Shown here: piece by piece, positions 11,943-23,340 of the stretch | Position numbering within the stretch: position 1 is the first letter of the stretch | Layout of the letters: every line of letters begins with the position of its first letter | DNA from: Trichinella spiralis | Taxonomy: Eukaryota | DNA: 64,000 bases | Assembly (NCBI RefSeq): GCF_000181795.1 | Contig: NW_003526940.1 | Location: 2,065,854-2,129,853 of the forward strand | Reading direction: 5' to 3' | The notes under the pieces: generated by a model | What the model saw: only the letters and a program-made list of their open reading frames with translations | What the model was told of the DNA's origin: nothing | Databases searched by the model: none | Program-made: the position numbers and the translations under genes

Positions 11943-14900
11943 CTTTTTGTCTGGCCGTGTCTTTTGGGATGTACAAAAGTCGGATGGTCAAGTAGAACTT
12001 TTAAAAGTGGAAAAATTGTGTCAAGCACTTTTTTCGACCTGTTCCAATTTGCAGGAAAACCAATCCCCAATATCGGGCAATCAATTTCATCAAGCCAACT
12101 GCTGCTGCAAGCAGTGTGGGGCGGTTTGGAAATTTCTCCGCACAAAACTTGCTCCCTACATCCTTTTTTCACATCTTCTTGTCCTTGGCAACGACCGGAT
12201 ATTGACTTGCTTGAAATTATCATCTGCCGCCAATTGGTTCTTTTTTCCCATTGGATCGCTTGCATTTTTCTTTGAAAGCTTTTCAAAATCTCGTGCGCGC
12301 TTTGTTTGTTTCAGGTTCCTCAAACTGTCACAAATTATTTTTCAATTATTTTTTGTCTCTAATTTTTTAGAAATACACAAACAGAAAAATAGTCTTTTTA
12401 TTTTTGGTCAATTCTGTATAATTTTCAAAAAGCAAAAATTCTTATCCTCTCTTCATCTTCACAGTAGCAAACAGTAGCTTTGTTTTTATTTGGGTAAATT
12501 TTGTTTTCGTAATTTATTTATTTATTTGTTTATTTGTTTGTTTTTTAATGTAAATGAATTTAAAGCGTGCTGTTTTGTTTTGTTTTGAACGAAAATCATT
12601 CCATCACGCTTGTTGCTGCTGCATTGGAATTGGAACGGAAAGGGGCGGTGGCGAAAGGGAGCGTGTCGATTTGATTTCAACACACTTGCAGCCAACGGCT
12701 ATTTTTGACGGAAATTTCATGGATTTGAACGCATAAAGCCTAAATTACTTTGACGCTACAAAATCGTCTTCGACCTGCGAAATAAATCTTTTATGCAGAT
12801 TTTTTTTCCCAAATCAAAATTCAGGTGATAAGCAGTTGGAACAACAGCAATAAGTTATTATTCGAAAACACTTTTCTTACATTCAAAACACATTATAATA
12901 TTTATTTCATTTTAATTAAATTAATCAATTGTTCTCATTTTATATTTTATCATATTCTCAAAATTAAATTGCTTATTCAAACTTGATGTTTCAAGAATTT
13001 CCAAGAAAATTTTTTTTTCATTGAAAATTAGCAAACTTTTCTCTTCATGCTCAATGGAAAAAAAAGAAATTCCTTCAAAAGCTTATTTCAAAAACTGGAA
13101 ATTTAAAATGCTTGCTTCACAATGAAAATTATAGGTCAATGGAAGAAATGAAGCACACATTTTTATTTATCCAAAGAAAAAAAAACAAAATTATACAAAT
13201 GATCCGATGAAAAATGTCATTTATTTATTCTATTGTTCATCTTTTGTGTAACATCATTATCGAAGGTTGACGTTCATTACAAAGTGGATTTTTTCTGAAA
13301 TCATATTTCCGACACTGATGAAATGAATTCTGTCCTCTTTTGAAAATTCTGAACGTTCAATGCATGTCAAATTAGAAAGTATTTAATTTTTTTAATATTC
13401 AAATTCAATATATTCATTGTTTTAAAAGAAATTATTAAATGAACTTTCAAATTAATCCTAAAAAACGCTTTTAATATGCAAAAAATTATTAAAATTGTCA
13501 GTACAATAATTTGCTTTCAACTGAATTTCTTTACATTTGCAAAATCATAAATACAATTGTACAAAATAGAATATTATACTATACATGAGAAAAAAATATG
13601 CATGAAAATCTTTTTAACGCTGATCTGTAAAATGTTAGACATCATAATTTTAAACCATGCACCTACTTTAAGCGATTATTTATAAGTAAATGTATTTTAA
13701 ATAAATCGCAATCTAACAGTCAAATATCCGTGCATTTTAAAATAATATGCTGTGAATGAATAATAACTTGCTGCTGAAACCTAAATTGGAAATGGTGTAA
13801 AACCAAAATTGCCTTTATTTAGCTTTGACCAACTCCAATTTAATCATGTTCATTCAGTCCTTGTTCCAGCTGAGAGCTAATGTAATGTACTGACCAAAAT
13901 TAACGGATGGCTGGTCATAAGAACAGTTGCGAGAACATCGGCAAAGCAGTGGCACAATACTCCCACTAGCATGAAAGATCGATTAGCTAATACCGTAGTG
14001 TTCTGATAAAAATATGCATGAGATGTAAAAGGATATTTAATGATATATAAAAAAACGCTGCACTGTTGATGAAGGGAGAGGGAGAAAATGCATTTATGAT
14101 ATATTTTGTGTGCATAATGTGCTTATGTGAGAAGAATTCACAGAAAGTGTTGCGCGTTTTAATATCATAATGCTGTTTTTGGGGTAATTAATTTCAGTGC
14201 AAGGCATATTTCTTTACAAAGCAATTTTAAGTGAAGAAGAAACAATGTAACGATAATGATAATAACAAATGTAACAAAATAACTTTTAAATGCAATGAAG
14301 TTTGACATTATCACTTCACTTGTTTGTAGTAAAACTTAATCATATGTGAATATTATCACTGATGTTCTACGTGAGCAATGCAATATATCCAAACTGTTAC
14401 TATGACTTTGTAGTGTAAAATTATAATTACCTGAGAAAAAGATGTATAGAAGAGTTGTTGCAGTTGTAAGCAGTCTTGCACTGAAGAGGTTGGTTTAGCT
14501 GTGGCTTGTGTGAACATTTAGTGCGTTTTAGTGAAATTCTAAACAACTAAAAAATTTTTTTTACTTTGAAAAAATTTCTGCATATTAGCGGATGGATAGT
14601 TGATTATTACAGTCTTGACAAATATTTGGAAAATTGGATGTAAAGTTTTACAAAAAAAACTTCAATTTATTCATCTTAATCAGAAATGAAGAAAATTGTT
14701 TCTTCTGGTAAATGAAGCAGTTTGAAACGAAGGACGAAATATTTAAATGCTATTCATTTATGTTATATTAAAAATTTTTTACTAATAGTTCAGAATATAT
14801 TTTCAAAATGAACACCATTTCAGTTTCCAGCAAATAATTTCCATTTATATAGTTATTACAGACATTACAAATTAAAGGCTTTCTTCTTTTTGTGAAATAT

Positions 14901-15496
14901 TTTTGACATTTTGCAGATATTTTATTTTAGTAGTTCTTATTAAAATTATATATATATATGTGAGCAAAAATAATACGTATGCAGGAAAATTAAAAAAATG
15001 AAATTGTTTAGACATTCTGAAATAATAAAATGTAGCTTATATTCAGAGCATAATATATTTGTCATCTTACTAAATAAAATTTTGTAAAGTGTTTGGTGAA
15101 TAAATGCACGTTTATACTAATTCAGATGACTTTTATTCATATCTATGATTTAATGTAAAAATCTTTGCCATGTTTAAAAATAAACTTCAGAGTTTAACAT
15201 TAATTAATAAATATTTCACAAAAAGAAAAAAAAAATAGATTTTGTAAATAATATAAGTTTCAGTTCTCACAGGTGACATAAAGTTCCAAAACTATTGAAA
15301 AAATATTTTTATTTTTAAAAAACAAAAATTTCAATTTAATGTTGGATAGAACAAGTTTAAATAAAATAAGTTGAATTATCACAGGAATTTATACATTTGT
15401 TGAATGAAAATTTGGCAGTGCATAAAGTTTTCGAAATCATCTGCTATAATTAAAGTAAAAAAATGCATAATTTTTGAAAATTAACTATTACGGCCA

Positions 15497-17745
15497 CTAG
15501 TGGATCACGTGCTTGCTGATGTCAATCAAGCCGACAAGCAGAGAGGGAAGTTTAATATCGCCAACCGCCGTGCTGAACATCATCACTTCATAGAGTTGTT
15601 CTGGTAGAATGCTGGCCAACATCCGCCGCAGCCAACCGATATAAGCGAACGCGATCTTTTGCAAACCTTCGCTTCCAACAGTGGAAAAGCACGAAGCTAA
15701 CACGTCGTCGACGACAATATTTCCTTCTGCAGTGATCGGTGAATAGAATCCGGCTTTAATTTCGCGTCTCAAGCTAGTGATTGTGCTTTCACGAAGCTGC
15801 TGACGTTGCTCATCCATCGTATAGACACATCTGCCGACGGTCAAATCTTTGGCCATTACGGATCTAGCTGGTCCGCCTTGACAATCACTTTCGTAAATCA
15901 AATGCAAATCTGTCAGTAGAAGCTTTTTCGAATTGTCCGTGACAATTTGCACAAATTCAGTTGAGCGATCTTTGTTCGCGTGAATCCAGCTGGTAATTGG
16001 CGAGTAGACTAAATTCTGATCGGCATCGCGTGCCAGAACACGCAAATTTGATTTTCCGAGGGCTTCTTTCATTTGCATTGGACCTTGTTCAGTTTGGACA
16101 ATGGAATCGCCGTGGAAGCACCGGGCACGTCCCTAATTTTTCGAAAAACAATTTCAATTTGTGCAAGAGAAGGAGAAAATTAAATAAAATTATCATTACA
16201 CAAAAGAATATTGTTTGTTCATTGCAATGATAGTGTATCGTTTGTATTATTACTATTATTTCATTTGCATATTTGAAGTGCAATAAAATTCTTCAAATGC
16301 TTTCAAGGTGAAAATTTACAACAATAGCCAGTTTACAAACGATATATCATTTGCAAAAGTGTAAGATGTCATAAAAGAAGTTGTAATTATTTCATCAAAT
16401 CTGATTTCATGTTGACCTGTTTTCTTTGAAAATGAGAATCCACAAAATTCAATTATTTGCATTTATTGATAAAATTTAAACAATTCCTCCATTTCTTCAT
16501 CACTGCTGTAATACTGCAATTTTTACCATAGAACATAGCATAGAATAAAGATATTTTTTGATAATTTAACTTTATAAAAATTTTTATCAACGTTGATGAA
16601 TCAATTCAATTTCATTCATAATTTCCATGCAAATCGCCGCTAAACATTGATGAACAGAATATTTATTTGTTTATCTAATCAATTTCATTTATGCTATCAA
16701 ACAATAAATGAATGATTTTAATATTCACAAATCATGATAAAATCTCCATTATTTATTATTGAAATCTTCATTTTCATTAGAAGGTCTTTTTATTTTACCA
16801 TTTTAATAATCAAGTAAATGAATTGATGCAGACAAAAAATTAAAAGAACATGAATTAATAAATTGAGCAGTATTTTTATTGCATAAAATTTCAATAAAAG
16901 TATCAACTGATATTCGAATTAATTTAAAGATCAATAATTAATTTCTGATAACTCTGTTATGGTATGAATAAAAATTGAATCATTTTATTGAAATGTATTC
17001 TCAAATTTCAATAAAACACATTTAAATTTTACATTAAAAAAATCTGCTTCTTAATCTGCAAATTTATTTCCATAATGCTATTGTTGTTAATTTGTTCGTT
17101 TGTTTGATCAGTGAATTTAATCTTCATAAACACGCCCATCAGTTGTCGTATCATAACTTACTGATTGACCCGATTCAGATAAATTGCACACAACAATTGT
17201 CACATTTTTCAAACGCGTACATTTTTCATATTCTCACATTTGAACATGAAACTTGTCAAACATCAATAAATTAATTATTATTAAATCGGTTTTAAAAAAA
17301 TAAAATAAAGAAAAAATTCATACAAAAAAATGCACGTAATGATTGATATAAGTGTAAAGAGAATAATTGACTGACTGTTCTATCAAATTAGGCAAATTAG
17401 AAAATAATATGAATTATTAAAATAATTAAAAAAAAAATTTTTTTTAATAATTACATTTTCACTTTCCGCTGCCACGACAGTTTGTTCGGCAGTATCGACG
17501 GATTGGATGAGACGTTCACAAAGGCATGGACATTTGTCCCGAGCTTCGTGAATGAACAAACATTCGTGACGCATGATCTCTTGGCAAGAAGATTTCTTGA
17601 CCAACTGCGGCTGGATGAACGATTTGGCATCCGTCTCATCCGGACAAGTCAAACCGTGAACGGCCACAATTCCACCCCACCAACAGGAGATGATGCAGAA
17701 GATTAAGCTGAACATTGGAAATGGCAGTTTGGAAATTGATCGCAT
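15497..17745 (-). CDS. Hedgehog-related secreted protein 2, paralog of 10597-11942 (~308 aa); exons 17745-17455, 16132-15497
   Basis: Signal peptide, same 6-Cys domain (CLFIHEARDKCPCLC), GRAR|CFHGD, LLLTDLHLIY, GFYSPITAEGNIVVDDVLASCFS. Confidence 0.9.
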
Positions 17746-19112
17746 CAAGTTTTGTTATTATTGATAACAAGCGCTGCTGTCGTATGAAGATACTCAAACA
17801 AGCAGAATATAATGCTATATTATAAAGCAGAGATGTTAAATTTAGACAATTTCAACAAAATCTGGGACATTATTAAAATATAAATATTAACTGGTTTAAA
17901 ATTAGATCACGTCCTCTCCGTACACACGCACAACTGGATCTTGCTTTCTTCGACGACCACCTTGCCTACCATTTCCTTATTGGATGCAAAAAGCAGCACG
18001 CTTCATCATCTTTTACTGCTACATTCGCCCAATTTCATTTACATCTCATCTTACATTAAAGGGAACAACCGGATTTATTGATGTTGTAAAAATTGGGCAA
18101 TAATATCACATGCTTCACAATTATTCATAATCGACCATAGCGTTGTTCACTCATTGGTCATCTCCGTCTCTCTCTCTCTCTATGTGTGTGTGCGTTTCTT
18201 CTCATTTTCGCTTTCTCTTCTTCTACGGTACAATAAAATGGCCATTTCAAATTGTCACTTGTTGTTGTTGTTGTTTACACATGGTCAAACGACACTCTGT
18301 TTGCATCTCATCACAACAAAAATGTCATGCTTCACAACAAAACTTTCACTTGTGAAATGCTGTCACCATTTTCTCTTCGTAAACATTAAAAAAAGCTTAT
18401 TACACTTTGTAAAAATATTATTTATTTATACCAATTTTTAGCATTGCCATTTTCCCATGATAATTTTTTGAATTGAACATCTCCATAAATTTTTCACAAT
18501 ATATACATACACACGGTCCAAAAAGGTACATGTCCACTATGTTCAATGCAAACCAACGTTCCAGTTGATCATTTGCCAGTAAAGTATGCGACATAAACAA
18601 GCTGTAAAATACTGTAAAGCTAACTTTCGAGTGCAATTTTCCAATCAGAACATGTTAACTTTTCAAATTTCATTTTCGCAAAATTTACAAATGAATCGCT
18701 TCGTTCACATGCAATTTCGACAATGCTAACATTTATGATAAACGAAATATTGCAACTGTTATCATTATCAGAATTGCAACATCTATAATCAATATGCAAA
18801 ATGATTCAACATTTTCAAACGATCACAAACCAATAATATCTCAGTAAATAATGCAAAAATTATCAGTTGAATTTTAAATGTTAAATTAAAAATAACGCAT
18901 AGTTATTTTCATAGTTTTTATTTTCTTAAACAATCATTACAGAACACCCTGACGTTATTATAATCGTTACAAAGATAAAAATTTAAATCTAACACAGCAT
19001 ACAACTTTTACATTAAATTCTCTCTACAAATTTCAGCAATGAATAAAAAAAGCATCGAGTATTTAAGTAAACAAAACTATTTACAATTTTTCTCCTCGTA
19101 TAGAAAACCAAA

Positions 19113-19640
19113 TCAAGACGTCAGTGGTGTTTCCGCTTCAGATAAAATCTGTTCCCAAGCGATCATTTTTTCCTCATGCTTCAACAACATATTTTTCTTC
19201 CTTTCAATCTCTTGTTTCATCTCATTAATTTCCTGAAAATCATATTCGTATCATGGGGTTGTTATTAAAAATTTTTTCCAACTTTATCTGAACATTTAAA
19301 CTGAAAATATGAACAAAATGCTCAAATACCTCTTTCAACACTTCTTCAGGACAGTAAGCAGAGAACAAAGCATACAATCGAACAAAATGACGCTCTGAAC
19401 GCCGAGCCGCTTCTATCAAACGATGCGTCGCAACTTCAGCGGCTAAAAACGTATTCAACAATAATCACTCGACTGCTGAAATTTGAATTTATTACAAACA
19501 AACAAAAAATATCTGTCATCACTTGTTTTAATTTCATCCGCTTCAATGTGCCGAGATTTCACTGGAACTGAAAGCAAAGTCAGGCAAGATTTCACCGCCT
19601 GTCTGAAATTGTTTATAACGTCACCGTTGTATTCTTCCAT
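19113..19640 (-). CDS. MED28: Mediator subunit 28; exons 19640-19523, 19442-19330, 19232-19113
   Basis: FRQAVKSCLTLL...DEIKT-AEVATHRLIEAARRSERHF...PEEVLKEEINEMKQEIERKKNMLLKHEEKMIAWEQIL parallels MED28 (EEIRT...IARQTECFF...PEQVIKE...WQQVL). Confidence 0.85.
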
Positions 19641-19785
19641 GCTAAGAATAATTTTGTAAAACAACGAGAAAAAAAAGCAATTCAATAATTTCAAAATATT
19701 TCACACGAATCGATCGATGATGAACAATAATCAAGAATATGAGAGAAAAAAAACAGAACAAAAGGGAACAAACAATTTTTATTCT

Positions 19786-22005
19786 TCAAATAATTCCAAC
19801 AGAATTTTTACAACGCTTTGTGGAGCTGTAAAACAGATCCATCAGTGCAATGATGAAATCTAAAATAAAAACACAATTAATATAACTTGTAAAATCAAAA
19901 TATCAAATCAAAACACTTCACTTTATAATAAAAATTCGATTTGATTAATTCATTCGACATATTTAATACTTATCGAATTTAAAAATCAATAAAGCATATT
20001 ATTAAAATAAACTTTTTACCAATTACCTGTACATGCAAAAATACCACCAACAATGGCACAGATCCGTAATGCAAAAACAAATAAGGACGTTTTCGATTTT
20101 CGAATTAAGACCATCATTGGAGCAAAGTCGAAATAAATAAAAATTCCGCAACTACCGTGAGAACCTTGATCATGATCAATAATACGTCTCTTATGGGTGA
20201 CGGAATATTGTGACGTGAACGTCTCCATCCCATTTAGGTCAGTTATTTTTGTAGGAACCACTTGAATATAATAATAGAACATATCCCGCCCTGAAAAAAT
20301 AGTTCAAAAACGACAAACAATCAAACGTCTGCTTACTATCAAATGATTCTTTTTGAAATCCATCCAGTGGATTAATGATTCCAGCAATACGAGGACCAAA
20401 GCCAAATTTTTCAATTCGGTGAGAAAAATTAAAGCCTGAAACGTCTACCAATATGGAATACAATTACAGGATCCGAATAAAAAAGAATTTTTTAATATTA
20501 ACTTTTCCTAAAGCAAAATTTCTGCATTGATTGTATAAAAATGATTTTAATTACCTTCATTTTGACGTCTTGCAAAAATAATAAAATTTGAAACTGCTTC
20601 CAATCGTACCGTTTCTTTGAACTTGATGCGCAATTTACCACGCAATTTGTTCATCAAAAAATAACCATGAATACGACACGCATCGACTATTGCTGTTTCG
20701 GTGGAGGAAGCATTGTTTTGGCGGTCAACTGCAAATTCGTGCAAATGCCGCCAAATTTCAAAGCCCAACGAATTTCTTTCACTCAAATGATGCAAACGTT
20801 CCGGAACATGCAGTTCCTTGGAAAATTAAAACATGCTTTTATAATAAGTCGAAAATGAAGTTTACAATCAACCACACCTTACACAAACGTATAATAAATT
20901 TTGGAATTTTTTATAAGTTATTCAAAATTTATTACAGTCTTATTTTTTTAATATATTTTATATCTTCCTTTACTTTGATAATTACTGCTTATTCTAATGA
21001 CCTGTATGAAGTAATGTAGATTACTGTAGTTTGAACTTGATTTTCACATTTGAAATAAACATTCATCCGAACGTTTATTTAACAATTATTTGCAAGCAAT
21101 TTGAAATTCGTATTAAACTGTGCATCAAAAATAGCATTAATAAATCTATACATAACGTTCTTCGTTTCTAGAAAACGATAATATTACTCATATTAAAAGT
21201 GAAATGAAATTACTACAGGTAAACGAAACAACAAATTTATAATTTGTGTCGAGTTAAACGTTATGTTTGAAATGATCTCTTACTCTCACTAAATGGTTTC
21301 TCACAATAGGAACCACTAATTTCAAGTGTAACTTTTGTCACCAAGCCCAAAAAATGTACACAAGAATTTAACACTGTTACTGAAACACATCCAAAAGACG
21401 TCAAATACATTTCAAATAGCACTACAATTTTAAATGTTGAAATAGAAAATCATCAAATATTGCTAGTTTACCTTGTAATGTGCAATAACTTACTCGAACA
21501 TTGCGCAACATATTCCAGTACAGCTGAGCGTCAGGTGATAGCTTGAAGCGAACTGGAACCATGCTTACTTCTTCACTGGATGCAAGAGATTTCTGTTTTA
21601 CCCCGTCCATGCTTGTTGCCAAGTATTCGCATTTCGTAGCAACAGTGAGATCAACGTACAACGTCAACTGACTATAAACAGAAAATCCTGCCGCAAAGAA
21701 ATCAAATGCACCACTTACTCTTTGAATGATGTGTCCACAGTGAAAGTATACGCATAATATATTTCACTGAAGTACAAAAATTCACAGTAGATCAACCAGA
21801 TGACAATAACCAGGAACGCCAGAAACACTTTACAGAAATAAATTGATTAAAAAAGAAATGAAAAATCAACAAATCCAAAATTGCACTTGCTTGCACCATG
21901 TGAAGCGCTGTATTCCATTCTGACGCTTTGGCGAATTTTAGGAAACGCATCCAATCGTTCCATGAAAGATATAACAGGTTTTTTCCGTTGTCGAACGCCA
22001 AACAT
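19786..22005 (-). CDS. ERGIC2: ER-Golgi intermediate compartment protein 2 (Erv41 family), multi-exon
   Basis: MFGVRQRK...RLDAFPK, TM segment, YTFTVD, VDLTVATKC, DACRIHG, NFSHRIEKFGFG...INPLDG, YYYIQVVPT, QYSVT, GIFIYFDFAPM, RICAIVGGIF. Confidence 0.9.
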
Positions 22006-22428
22006 TCTATTAAAAAACATTTTAAAAATTCATTGTAAATAAACTTTCACTTGCTTATCCTTTTTACATTGTGGGTGCATTCTTACATAATGGTCGTGAT
22101 ATTTATACTTGTAAGCAAAACTTTCGAGCATTTGTATTTGCTAAGACTCTTCAAAATGATGTACAATAATATCTGGGAGAAACCGAAACTTACAGATATA
22201 GATTGAACTATATGAATTACGGTAGCAAAATATACAAACAAGCTTAACAGTAACACTATATTTAGTAACTGAACAAACATAATACAATATCCAATCCAAA
22301 TTAAAATTTACAGTAAAACAGTTCCCTACTTTATTTGTTCATTTAAATATTTTCTACTTGTACAAAAATAAAAATTACAAACACCTTACGAAAACACACT
22401 AAACACTAGATGAAAAATACAGACATGA

Positions 22429-22591
22429 CGAGGGTGGCGCGGACGCCGACCCTCACACCCAAAAACTATGCAGTGAGCACGTCCCAGTTCGGGACGGCCC
22501 CAGAGGTCAGCTGCTTCGGAGTGCAATGAATCAGCCTCGCCCTGGAAGTTCGATCTTCCTGATCATCGAAACTTCCCTGCCAGGTAAGTAT
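22429..22591 (-). ncRNA. U1: U1 spliceosomal snRNA
   Basis: 5' ATACTTACCTG, loop I GATCAGGAAG, loop II CATTGCAC, Sm-like AGTTTTTGG, terminal GAGGGT..ACCCTC stem; ~163 nt. Confidence 0.95.
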
Positions 22592-22996
22592 ACTCAACTG
22601 GGCCCTATCATTCCCTCCCATAAAATGAATATAGTATCTGTTAATTGGGTTTTGTAATTTATTAACAAACATTAATCGACGATATTCACTTATATGATAA
22701 TATTTGCAGAAGAACTGACCTTAATAATAAATGAACTTCATTTCACTATTATAGTAAATAAACATATTTTTACATTTCTACACTTCACATTGTGTATTGG
22801 GAACTTCTTTGCGTTCGCTCCTCTGGTAAGTGACTACTTACATTTATAATAACTTATAATTCATAAATCTTTAAATAATTAATGATGATTACAAATAAAA
22901 CATTACATAGAATATCACACTGAAGAATTACAAAGCTGTAAGTTTTAATAAATTCAAATACTGCTGCGAATGCAGCTTCACAGTTACTGTCTATTC

Positions 22997-23340
22997 CAGT
23001 GGTTCCCAAAGTTCTGCGGACTGCGACCCACTTTTTAAACAGCAAGTTTTCACCAAAAGCTCACGAATGAATAACGGCACAAGTGAAGAATGGGCTTCCT
23101 TCCGTGTTGCCTTTATCACGGCATACGGCATATGGCCCAGGCGCCGTCTGTACAGACTCCGACGTATTTACTCCAATTTTCAGACCTTTGTCTTTTATAA
23201 AGTCATACTTTGCCTCGAAAGCTGCGACGAACCAAAATTCGTCTCACGATACACCAATGGGTCGCAATTCACATTTTGGTTACCACTGGCGTCTATTCTT
23301 CGAATCTTTCAAAATTGTTTATAATATCAGATTATGCTAG
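22997..23340 (-). mobile_element. hAT (Buster/Charlie-like) DNA transposon remnant
   Basis: TIR-like CAGTGGTTCCCAAA at 22997. Minus-strand fragment WSKYVGVCTDGAWAI (~23180-23130) matches the hAT GVCTDGA catalytic motif and is followed by a degenerate HCxIHRE-like segment. Stops and frameshifts; right boundary uncertain. Confidence 0.75.

Noticed and set aside
11839..12477. 212-aa + strand ORF
   Set aside because: Antisense to Hog1 exon 1 and its upstream region; F/L-rich and without domain features.
10597..16132. Inteins or a true hedgehog gene
   Set aside because: No C-terminal His-Asn plus nucleophile or C-extein. The Hint is followed by an SRR/ARR-like tail, and the N-domain is not Hedge.
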